From the NCBI GenBank assembly GCA_046290435.1, contig JBKAGO010000053.1, forward strand, positions 568 to 64,567: 64,000 bases of DNA, given 5' to 3'. The notes under the pieces were generated by a model. That model made no database searches, was not told the origin of the DNA, and saw only the letters and a list, made by a program, of their open reading frames with translations. This DNA is from Acidimicrobiales bacterium (GTDB lineage Bacteria; Actinomycetota; Acidimicrobiia; Acidimicrobiales; UBA8592). A program made the position numbers and the translations under genes. Shown here piece after piece: positions 52,545-60,722 of this stretch. The stretch's first letter is position 1. Each line of letters begins with the position of its first letter.

Positions 52545-54547
52545 GGTGCCACACCCTGGTACTGGCTGACGTCGTACACGGTGTAGCCACCGACGTCGTA
52601 GACGATCGGCGCCGCTGCGTTCCAGAAGTCCGCAGGGTCCCAATCCTCGGGCGCATCGGCAGGGCGGAACAGCAGGCGTTCCTCGGGGCCGAGCACCACG
52701 TAGTCGATGTCGTAGCGGTCGATCACCTCGTCGAACCCTTCGTTCACGCCGTACACCGTACGCAGGTCCTGGTCCCGGGAGACCCAGTCGACGCCGAGAT
52801 CGTTGAGCCGGCCGGTGGAGCCGCTGACCACGCGGCGGCCGGCGATCGCCCGGACCGGGTGGGTGTTGCCGTTGGCCGTTGCGAAGACCGCCCGCGCCGG
52901 GGTGTTGTCACGGATCCACTCACCCACCAGGACATCATCGCCGCTCAGGTATGGCGCCGGGTACGCGCCCGCCGTGCCGTCGGCCGCCTGCCACACGTCG
53001 AGCGCCCCCGACAGGGTCAAGGACACGAAGACGAGCACTGCGCCGAGGCGCATCGCTCCCCGGCGGTCCCACCAGTCGGCCAAGACCAGCCCGATGAGCG
53101 GTGCGCCCAGCAGCACGAAGAAGATCACGTACTTGACGTTGTTGCCGGGCCAGAAGTGCCAGATGGCGACGTTGGGGATGAGCAGGAGCCCGAAGATCGG
53201 CAGCCACCGCAGCGTGAGCTCGCGCCACCGCATGAGCGCCAGGACCACGAGCGGTATGGCGAGGCCGGTGTTGAGCAGCCAGAACCAGAAGAAGTCGCCG
53301 ACGGTGCGCTCCCAGCTGGACAGCCCGAGCATCCACAACGTGTGGAACTGCCTGCCGGCGCTGCCGTTCTCGGGCAGCTGCCAAAGCACCAGTGGTACAG
53401 CCATCACCAGCGCCGGCACCGCGAACCACAACCACCGTCGCGTGCGCTCGAGGGTGGCCCACCACAGGCCCATGACCAGAAGGACCCCGAAGCCGAACAC
53501 GTGGAAGACCGGCATCAGCCCCGTCACCACCCCGGCGAACAGGTGCGTCCGGACACCTTCGCGTTCGCGTTCCTGCCACAACCACGCGAGCAGGATCATG
53601 ACGATGCCGAAACCGATCATGGTCGGTCGCTGCGGATAGAGGAACCCGGTGATGGCGTTGTCGACCCAGTTGCGGTCGAAGCCGTCGAAGGCGTAGCTGC
53701 GGGGTAGGCGTCCGAGCACGGAGACGCCGCCGTCGAGGAGATCTTCGAACACGAAGCGGTACAGCGCCGCTGTGCCACCCGACGCCAGGAACACGGCGAC
53801 CCCCACCAGGGCGGCGAGCCGGCGCCCGACGAGGCGCCATGCGGCGCAGAACATGCTGGCGGGGAACGCTGTCGCCAGCAGCCAGGTCGACACCTCGAGT
53901 CCGCCGGGCAGCGACGTGCCCAGGGGGACGAACATCGCCGAGAACCAGTCGACACCGAAGTGGTAGGCGAACGTCTCGCCGGCCGCAGTCGGCAGCTCCG
54001 GCGGGAAGTTGTCGCCGTAGGCGAAGGACCCGGCGTAGGCCAGGTGCGCGGTCCAGTCGCCGAAGGTGCTGAGGTGGCCTGCAGCGATGCCGCCGTCGGC
54101 AGTGGTGTGGTAGGCGTTGCCCATGATCCGGGCGCTCACCGCGCCGGCGAAGACGACCAGCCCCACCACCAGCCACGGGCTGTCGCGATGGCCCGGCCGC
54201 AACCGGAACCGGACGGCCACATCGGCGAACTCGGCGCGCACCCTGGCCGGATCGCGCCCCCATCCGAGGCCGGCGAGACCGAGCGATCCCAGCGTGGCGA
54301 CGATGACCGAACCCCGGCTGACACCGGCGATCCACGCGACCGCGAACCCGACGGTCGACACCACGATGGTCCCGATGACGACGCCGTGGACGAGCCGCTC
54401 CTCGATGCGCATGGGCGTGTCGACGAAATGGGTGAAGCCCGCCCCGACCATGACGATCGCGCAACAGAAGAGAACGACGAGCAGGTCCACGGCGCCGACG
54501 ATCGTACCCCCGCCGAGACCCCCACCCGGGCCAGGGCGGCCGCCCAC
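52541..54547 (-). CDS. Polytopic membrane protein, putative GT-C-fold glycosyltransferase; its C-terminal domain is related to that of the DUF2298 protein
   Basis: 668-aa ORF with many TM helices. The C-terminal soluble domain (EWIRDNTPARAVFAT...RYDIDYVVLGPEERLLF...VYDVS) parallels 39459..44150 (EWLRDNVAGTPTVAE...AHDVAYVVVGTQERRFG...IYAVD). Confidence 0.7.
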   Translation of the reverse strand: MGGRPGPGGGLGGGTIVGAVDLLVVLFCCAIVMVGAGFTHFVDTPMRIEERLVHGVVIGTIVVSTVGFAVAWIAGVSRGSVIVATLGSLGLAGLGWGRDPARVRAEFADVAVRFRLRPGHRDSPWLVVGLVVFAGAVSARIMGNAYHTTADGGIAAGHLSTFGDWTAHLAYAGSFAYGDNFPPELPTAAGETFAYHFGVDWFSAMFVPLGTSLPGGLEVSTWLLATAFPASMFCAAWRLVGRRLAALVGVAVFLASGGTAALYRFVFEDLLDGGVSVLGRLPRSYAFDGFDRNWVDNAITGFLYPQRPTMIGFGIVMILLAWLWQEREREGVRTHLFAGVVTGLMPVFHVFGFGVLLVMGLWWATLERTRRWLWFAVPALVMAVPLVLWQLPENGSAGRQFHTLWMLGLSSWERTVGDFFWFWLLNTGLAIPLVVLALMRWRELTLRWLPIFGLLLIPNVAIWHFWPGNNVKYVIFFVLLGAPLIGLVLADWWDRRGAMRLGAVLVFVSLTLSGALDVWQAADGTAGAYPAPYLSGDDVLVGEWIRDNTPARAVFATANGNTHPVRAIAGRRVVSGSTGRLNDLGVDWVSRDQDLRTVYGVNEGFDEVIDRYDIDYVVLGPEERLLFRPADAPEDWDPADFWNAAAPIVYDVGGYTVYDVSQYQGVAP

Positions 54548-54568
54548 CCCTACAACAGTGCCCTGCTG

Positions 54569-55522
54569 TCAGCCGCCGGGAAGGAAGCGGCCACACAGCG
54601 GCCACGGCTGGGCACCGCGCATCCCGTAGAGCAGGCGGGCGCGGGCGTCCTGTTCCTCGGGCAGCGCGTGGTTGGGCAGCCCTGCGCCCCCGACGCCGAT
54701 CCAGGTCCGCAGCTCGAACTGGTACGCACCGAAGAAGCCGTTGCCGGTGTTGATGGCGTAGTCGTCGAGCGACTCGCACTCGCGCACTTGCGCCCACTGC
54801 TCCGGACTCGGCTCGACCCGACCGTAGCGGGCCATCAGCTCGTCGGCCTCGGCGTGGACACGGGCCACCTTCACGACCTGGCGGACCTGCACCAGGCGGG
54901 CCTCGGCCGCCTCGATCGCCTCGACGGTCCGGGCCCGCTCGCCATCGAGGGCATCGAGCTCGACGGCCAGGGCGATGGCCTCCTCCGAGGCCTGGGCCCG
55001 GAGTTCGAGATAGTCCTCGGTGCTTTCGGCGACCGTGTCGGCCCCCTCGTTGAGCAGCGTCGAGCGGAACGCGAAGTCGTTGGCCGTGGGCGCATCGAGC
55101 AGGAACAGCGCCTCGGGGAGGCCTCCGCCGGTCATGTAGGACTCGACCGCGAGGGTGCGGGCCCGGGCCCGCACCGCACGCAGGTCGTCGGCCACCTCGA
55201 CGGTGGTGTCGCCGAGGACCGCAGTGCGCTCGCGTGCGGCGGCGATGGCGTCGTCGATGTCGGCAAGCTGCTCGGTCAGCTCGGCGATGCGCGCCTCGGT
55301 CCGGGCCTCGAGGGCCTCGGCACGCTCGGCGTTTCGCCACGGAAGGGTCTCGGCGCCGGAGCCGGCGCCGGCCGAGATCGCGGCCGCGAGGGCGACCAGT
55401 GCCACCAGGACCGCCACCGACGACCGGAGCCTGCGGGCGCGGCGCGGCGCGAACAAAGGCCCGATCGGTGGGTCGATCGGCGACGGGATGCGGTCGTGCG
55501 CATCCGACGGGCGCGTCGGCAT
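54569..55522 (-). CDS. Secreted coiled-coil protein with a C-terminal Rpf-type transglycosylase-like domain
   Basis: TM/signal segment SSVAVLVALVALAAAISAGAG and a long coiled coil. C-terminus WAQVRECESLDDYAINTGNGFFGAYQFELRTW matches the Rpf catalytic-domain pattern (CES...TGNG..G..QF..TW). Confidence 0.75.
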   Translation of the reverse strand: MPTRPSDAHDRIPSPIDPPIGPLFAPRRARRLRSSVAVLVALVALAAAISAGAGSGAETLPWRNAERAEALEARTEARIAELTEQLADIDDAIAAARERTAVLGDTTVEVADDLRAVRARARTLAVESYMTGGGLPEALFLLDAPTANDFAFRSTLLNEGADTVAESTEDYLELRAQASEEAIALAVELDALDGERARTVEAIEAAEARLVQVRQVVKVARVHAEADELMARYGRVEPSPEQWAQVRECESLDDYAINTGNGFFGAYQFELRTWIGVGGAGLPNHALPEEQDARARLLYGMRGAQPWPLCGRFLPGG

Positions 55523-55653
55523 GGTGCGCCTTGCCTAGTCGACGCCGACGAGTGCCCGCAAACGCGGCGGCTCGATCCCGCGCCCTGCGCAGGGCTCGAC
55601 CCTGCCCACACTCGACCATGCCCCCCGTCACCGCCATCGCCTACCGTGACCCG

Positions 55654-56454
55654 ATGCCCGAAGGCCACACCATCCACCGATTGGCCCGCGACCTCAGCGC
55701 CGACCTCGGCGGAGCTCCCGTGCGAGCGACCTCGCCCCAGGGCAGGTTCGCCGACGGCGCCGAGCTGATCGACGGCACGAAGCTGGAGAAGACCGAGGCC
55801 TACGGAAAGCACCTGTTCTGCATCTGGTCGAGCGGCGACATCCTCCACGTGCACCTCGGCCTCATCGGCAAGTTCCGTCGCGTGTCACCGGAATGGGAGC
55901 CCCGCGACACCATCCGCCTCCGCCTCGAGGGCGCCGACGCCATCTGGCAGCTCAGCGGGCCCCAGACCTGCGCCATCGTCACCCCGGACCACCTCGACGA
56001 CGTCGCCGCCTCGCTGGGTCCCGACCCGCTGCGGCGCGGCAACAACCGCAGGGCCGACTTCGTCGCCCGCCTGGGTGCCACCCGCCGCCCCATCGGCGCG
56101 GTCCTGCTCGACCAGAGCGTCGTGGCCGGTATCGGCAACGTCTACCGGGCGGAGCTGCTGTGGATCTGCGGCATCCATCCCCAGACGCCCGCAGCCTCGG
56201 TCGATCCCGAACTCGCAGGCGAGCTGTGGGACCACACCGTGGCCCAGCTGAAACGGGGCCTCGACTGGAACCGCATCGTCACCGTGTCGTCAGAACACGC
56301 CGAAGGGCGCATCACCCGACGGACGCGACGAGACGACGCGCTCTATGTGTACAAACGCGAGGAGATGCCCTGCCGGCGTTGCGACGACCGCATCGCATCC
56401 ATGCAACTCGGCGGCCGCACCATCGCGTACTGCCCGACCTGCCAGCCGTCCTGA
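55654..56454 (+). CDS. nei: Fpg/Nei-family DNA glycosylase (endonuclease VIII-like)
   Basis: ATG 55654. N-terminal MPEGHT (catalytic Pro2/Glu3), H2TH GIGNVYRAELL, zinc finger CRRC...CPTC. Confidence 0.88.
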   Translation: MPEGHTIHRLARDLSADLGGAPVRATSPQGRFADGAELIDGTKLEKTEAYGKHLFCIWSSGDILHVHLGLIGKFRRVSPEWEPRDTIRLRLEGADAIWQLSGPQTCAIVTPDHLDDVAASLGPDPLRRGNNRRADFVARLGATRRPIGAVLLDQSVVAGIGNVYRAELLWICGIHPQTPAASVDPELAGELWDHTVAQLKRGLDWNRIVTVSSEHAEGRITRRTRRDDALYVYKREEMPCRRCDDRIASMQLGGRTIAYCPTCQPS

Positions 56455-56466
56455 CCTGCGGCACAG

Positions 56467-56502
56467 CCCGACCTGCCCGACCTGCCCGACCTGCCCGATC
56501 GT
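56467..56502. repeat. 9-bp tandem repeat x4 (cccgacctg x3 plus cccgatcgt) between nei and hemH
   Basis: Read directly. Confidence 0.75.
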
Positions 56503-56520
56503 CCCCTGGAGGACACCGAC

Positions 56521-57519
56521 GTGTTCGACGCCATCCTGTTGCATTCCTTCGGCGGCCCCGAGGGCCCCGACGACGTGGTCCCGTTCCTCGAGAACGTGAC
56601 GCGGGGCCGGGGCATCCCTCGTGAGCGCCTGGCCCAGGTGGGCGAGCACTATTTCCTCTTCGGGGGCAAGAGCCCGATCAACGATCAGAACCGGGCCCTC
56701 ATCGCGGCGTTGCGAACCGAGCTCGACGCCGCCGGCATCGACCTGCCCATCTACTGGGGCAACCGCAACTGGGAGCCCTACCTGCGCGACACCGTCGCCG
56801 AGATGATCGAGGCAGGCCACCAGCGGGTGCTGGTGGTGGCGACGAGCGCATTCGGGTCCCAGTCGGGCTGCCGGCAATACCGCGAAGATCTCGCCGAGGC
56901 GGTAGCCACCCTCGACGGGACCATCGAACTCCAGAAGGTCCCGCCCTACTGGAACCACCCCGGATTCCTCGACGCGATGGCCGACCGGCTCGACCAGGCA
57001 CTGGCCTCGCTCGGAGACCGACGCTCCGACGCCCGGATCGTGTTCACGGCCCACTCGATCCCGACCGCGTGGACCGAGACCGCCCCCTATGTCGGCCAGC
57101 TCCGGGCCGCTGCAACGCACCTCGTCGACCGCGTGGCTCCCGACGCCGACTGGGACCTGGTGTACCAGAGCCGCAGCGGACCGCCCCAGGTCCCATGGCT
57201 CGAGCCCGACATCGTCGATCACCTCGAGTCGCTCCACGACGCCGGCGTCGACGTCGTCGCGGTCACCCCGCTCGGGTTCGTGTCGGATCACATGGAGGTC
57301 GTCTACGACCTCGACACCGAAGCGGCCGCCCGCGCCGCCGAGCTCTCGATGACGATGGTGCGCACCCCGACCGTCGGCACCCATCGGGCGTTCGTTTCCG
57401 GCCTCGCCGACCTCATCGGTGCCGCGATCGCCGGCAGGGACCGCCTCGTGGTCGTCGCCGAGCCGGCAGGGCCCACCTGCGGCCCCGGCTGCTGCGTGAT
57501 CGCCCGACGACCCGGCTGA
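56521..57519 (+). CDS. hemH: Ferrochelatase (actinobacterial coproporphyrin-ferrochelatase type with a C-terminal Cys cluster)
   Basis: GTG 56521. LLHSFGGPEGPDDV, FTAHSIP, GFVSDHMEV. C-terminal CGPGCC fits a [2Fe-2S] ligand set. Confidence 0.9.
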   Translation: MFDAILLHSFGGPEGPDDVVPFLENVTRGRGIPRERLAQVGEHYFLFGGKSPINDQNRALIAALRTELDAAGIDLPIYWGNRNWEPYLRDTVAEMIEAGHQRVLVVATSAFGSQSGCRQYREDLAEAVATLDGTIELQKVPPYWNHPGFLDAMADRLDQALASLGDRRSDARIVFTAHSIPTAWTETAPYVGQLRAAATHLVDRVAPDADWDLVYQSRSGPPQVPWLEPDIVDHLESLHDAGVDVVAVTPLGFVSDHMEVVYDLDTEAAARAAELSMTMVRTPTVGTHRAFVSGLADLIGAAIAGRDRLVVVAEPAGPTCGPGCCVIARRPG

Positions 57520-57711
57520 GACCCGCCGACCCGGCAGTACCCCTCGCCGACCACGGGCAGGGTTGCCCAGACGCGCCCCGACGGCGGTGTCCCCGTCGGC
57601 CCAGTGGACTCAATTCGCAGCCGCCCCTGCCGAAAGGAGCACCAGCGATGACAGAACTGGGCCCCGGTCGCGGTCTCCCGCCGCCCGTGGTCCTCCCAAC
57701 GGAGGGTCGAC

Positions 57712-58536
57712 ATGAAGAGCATGAATCGCAGCACGATCGGGGTGATCGCAGCTGTCGCGCTGGCACTCGTCGGCGGCCTGCTGCTGTGGCAGTCGTCGGG
57801 CACCGACGAGACCGAGGCCACGCAGGCCCCAGCCGAACAGGTCCAGGTCCTGGTGGCCGCACGCGACATCGATCGCGGTACGTCCGCCGCAGAGATGGCC
57901 GAGAACGCCTTCGCCTTCGTGCGGGTGGCCGAGGTCCCCGCCGACCAGGTGCTCCCCAACGCCCTGCGCAGCGTCGATGAACTCGCCGATCTCGGGCTCG
58001 GGCGGAACGTGGCCGTCGGCATCATCCCCACCGAGGCCCAGATAACCAGCGACAGCTTCATCGTCCCGGGTACCCAGCAGCGCACCGCCATCGAGGTGGC
58101 CGCCAACCTGTTCCAGGTCACCGTGCAGCTCGAGCCCCAGCGGGCCCTCGGCGGCGGCGCCAACATCGTGCCCGGCCAGACCGTGGCCGTCATCGGCTCG
58201 TTCGACCCCCAGGGCGAGGAGCCCGGTCAGACCGTGGTCATCCTCGACGAGGTCGAGGTCACCAACGTCGAGCAGAACGCATTGCTGACCCCCGAACAGC
58301 AGGCGCGTGATCCGCTGGCCCCGACGCTCGCGTCGACCTCGCCGGTCATCGTCACCCTCGGGGTCGAGATCGAGGACCTCGAGCGCCTGACCTACGCCAT
58401 CGAGTTCGGACGGATCTGGCTGGCGGACCAGGGCAGCGAGGCGATCGTCGAGGGCAGCGAGATCCGCGACCGCGACAACGTCGTCGTCGCCATTCCCGAC
58501 CAGGGCCTCGCCAGCGGCGCCGATTCCGGCGAGTGA
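57712..58536 (+). CDS. cpaB: Flp pilus assembly protein CpaB/RcpC (SAF domain)
   Basis: ATG 57712, 6 nt after GGAGGG. TM IGVIAAVALALVGGLLLW, then VQVLVAARDIDRGT (SAF). The stop overlaps the next start. Confidence 0.8.
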   Translation: MKSMNRSTIGVIAAVALALVGGLLLWQSSGTDETEATQAPAEQVQVLVAARDIDRGTSAAEMAENAFAFVRVAEVPADQVLPNALRSVDELADLGLGRNVAVGIIPTEAQITSDSFIVPGTQQRTAIEVAANLFQVTVQLEPQRALGGGANIVPGQTVAVIGSFDPQGEEPGQTVVILDEVEVTNVEQNALLTPEQQARDPLAPTLASTSPVIVTLGVEIEDLERLTYAIEFGRIWLADQGSEAIVEGSEIRDRDNVVVAIPDQGLASGADSGE

Positions 58537-60722
58537 GTCCGAGCGACGCCGAGGGAGCCCTCCAGATGGACGAACAACCACATGATCCGTGGGACCGCCC
58601 CGTCGCCTGGCCCGGCGACGGGGCGGCTCCTCCGGCGGCGTCACTGCCTGTCGACAGCCCCTGGGGATACGCGTCCACGAGCAATCTGCCGCCCAAGCGC
58701 ACGGTGCCGGCCGAGACCCCCTGGTCCGAGCCCGCTGTGAGCGAACCCGCCGGCGATCCCTGGACCGTGCATGCCCCTCCTGCCTGGACCCCGACCGCCG
58801 AGGCGGCCCCGCCGGGGGCCGCCGCGTCGTCGACCTGGACGCCTGCGCCGGCGAGTGCAGCGCCGACGTCGCCCGCCGAAGCGGGCGTATGGACTCCCGG
58901 AGCTCCCGCAGCCTCCCCGGCCCCGACCCCGCCTCCGGCCGACGATCCCTGGTCCGCCTCCTCGGGCGCCCCTTCCCAGGATCCCTGGGGTGCTCCGACG
59001 GTGGCCGAGCCTGCCGCCCATCCCTCGGCTGTGGCGACCCCTGCCGACACCTGGTCCCCCGCTCCGACGGCTTCACCGTCGCCTTCCCCGATGCCCGACG
59101 CCTGGGCATCGACGCCCAGCGACACGTGGGATCCGACGCCCCCGGCCGCTGCCCCGCCGGTGCCCACCCCCACAATCGCGCCGACGCCCTCGACCGATGC
59201 CTGGACACCCGCCAGCGGTGACCCCTGGGCCCCGGCTCCCGCACCACCCGAGCCCAGCGCCGCTCCGACGGATTCGACCCCGCCGCCACCACCGCCTCCT
59301 CCCCCGCCGCACCTGGCGGCCCCGACGGCGGAGGTCGGCAACGATCTCGTGGCCGTCGACAACTCCGACCCGGCCACGGGCTGGGATCGAAACGACCTCC
59401 TGCCCACCGCCCTCACCGTTCCGATCCTGCCCGCGCACCTCCAGGACCTGAAGGCCAAGGCCCAGGAGGCGCTCATCGAGCGCATGGGCAGCCGCCTGTA
59501 CGACCGCAGCCTCACCGAGGAGCAGATCGAGAACTACGTCGTCACCGAACTCGGTGGCTTCCTGTTCGAAGAAGACGTCCGTCTCGCCGACCACGAGCGC
59601 GAGCAGCTCACGGCCGAACTCCTCAACGACGTGCTGCGCCACGGCCCCATCGAGCCGTTCCTCGACGACGAGTCGGTCTCGGAGATCATGGTCAACGGTC
59701 TGAACAGCATCTACGTCGAACGCAGCGGCAAGCTCGAACGGACCCAGTCCAACTTCCTGACCGAGGCCCACCTCCGTCAGATCATCGAGCGCATCGTCTC
59801 GAAGGTCGGCCGGCGCATCGACGAATCGTCACCGATGGTCGACGCCCGCCTCCCCGACGGCTCACGCGTCAACGCGGTCATCCCTCCCCTGGCCGTCGAC
59901 GGTCCCAGCCTGACCATCCGCAAGTTCAGCCGGGACGCGCTGACCGTCGACGACCTCGTCGACTTCGGCACGCTGAGCCCCATCTCGGTCGAGTTCCTGA
60001 CGTGCGCGGTGCGCGGCCGGCTCAACGTGCTGGTCTCCGGCGGCACCGGCACGGGCAAGACGACCATGCTCAACGTGTTGTCGAGCTTCATTCCCGAAGA
60101 TGAACGCATCGTCACCCTCGAAGACGCCGTCGAGCTGCAGCTGAAGCAGCAGCACCTCGTCCGTCTCGAGAGCCGGCCCGCGAACGTCGAGGGCAAGGGG
60201 CAGGTGTCGATCCGCGATCTCGTGCGCAACTCGTTGCGTATGCGCCCCGATCGGGTGATCATCGGCGAGTGCCGCGGCGGCGAGGCGATGGACATGCTCC
60301 AGGCCATGAACACCGGCCACGACGGGTCGTTGTCGACGCTGCACGCCAACGGCCCCCGCGACGCGGTCGCCCGCCTCGAGACTCTCTGCCTGATGTCCGG
60401 TATGGATCTTCCGGTCAAGGCGATCCGCGAACAGATCGCGTCGGCCGTCGACCTCATCGTGCACGTCGCACGCCTGCGTGACGGCACCCGACGGGTCACC
60501 CACATCAGCGAACTCGTCGGCCTCGACGGGGAGGCGCTGATGATGACCGACATCTTCACCTTCGACTTCGACGCCGGCATCGGACCCGACGGTCGCTACG
60601 CCGGGCTGCTCTGCCCGACCGGCCAGGTGCCGGCGGTCTTGTCGAAGCTGCGCGAACACGGCGAAGACGTCTCGGCCGAGCTCTTCCTGCCCGAGGACGA
60701 ATTCGCAGAGAGCGACCACTGA
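58533..60722 (+). CDS. cpaF: CpaF/TadA secretion ATPase with a ~290-aa Pro/Trp-repeat N-terminal extension
   Basis: GTG 58533 (GTGA overlap); alternative ATG at 58566. ATPase core: Walker A GGTGTGKTT, RPDRVIIGECRG, TGHDGSLSTLHAN. The N-terminus has 14 x (D/T/S/A)(P/T/A/V)W motifs in a Pro-rich context. Confidence 0.9.
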   Translation: MSPSDAEGALQMDEQPHDPWDRPVAWPGDGAAPPAASLPVDSPWGYASTSNLPPKRTVPAETPWSEPAVSEPAGDPWTVHAPPAWTPTAEAAPPGAAASSTWTPAPASAAPTSPAEAGVWTPGAPAASPAPTPPPADDPWSASSGAPSQDPWGAPTVAEPAAHPSAVATPADTWSPAPTASPSPSPMPDAWASTPSDTWDPTPPAAAPPVPTPTIAPTPSTDAWTPASGDPWAPAPAPPEPSAAPTDSTPPPPPPPPPPHLAAPTAEVGNDLVAVDNSDPATGWDRNDLLPTALTVPILPAHLQDLKAKAQEALIERMGSRLYDRSLTEEQIENYVVTELGGFLFEEDVRLADHEREQLTAELLNDVLRHGPIEPFLDDESVSEIMVNGLNSIYVERSGKLERTQSNFLTEAHLRQIIERIVSKVGRRIDESSPMVDARLPDGSRVNAVIPPLAVDGPSLTIRKFSRDALTVDDLVDFGTLSPISVEFLTCAVRGRLNVLVSGGTGTGKTTMLNVLSSFIPEDERIVTLEDAVELQLKQQHLVRLESRPANVEGKGQVSIRDLVRNSLRMRPDRVIIGECRGGEAMDMLQAMNTGHDGSLSTLHANGPRDAVARLETLCLMSGMDLPVKAIREQIASAVDLIVHVARLRDGTRRVTHISELVGLDGEALMMTDIFTFDFDAGIGPDGRYAGLLCPTGQVPAVLSKLREHGEDVSAELFLPEDEFAESDH

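Noticed and set aside
57648-57980. A small ORF starting at ATG 57648 behind a strong AAAGGAG, upstream of and overlapping cpaB; considered as an Flp pilin or leader peptide.
   Set aside because: The product (MTELGPGRGLPPPVVLPTEGRHEEHES...) has no Flp motif or hydrophobic helix, and it overlaps cpaB out of frame. cpaB has its own GGAGGG RBS. A very short leader peptide cannot be excluded.
58537-59350. The possibility that the Pro/Trp-rich stretch upstream of the CpaF ATPase core is non-coding, with CpaF starting at an internal GTG.
   Set aside because: An 800-nt non-coding gap would be out of character for this window. The frame stays open with the expected codon bias, the Trp-motif periodicity implies protein-level selection, and the GTGA overlap with cpaB gives a natural start. 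It is kept as a stated refutation test in the findings.
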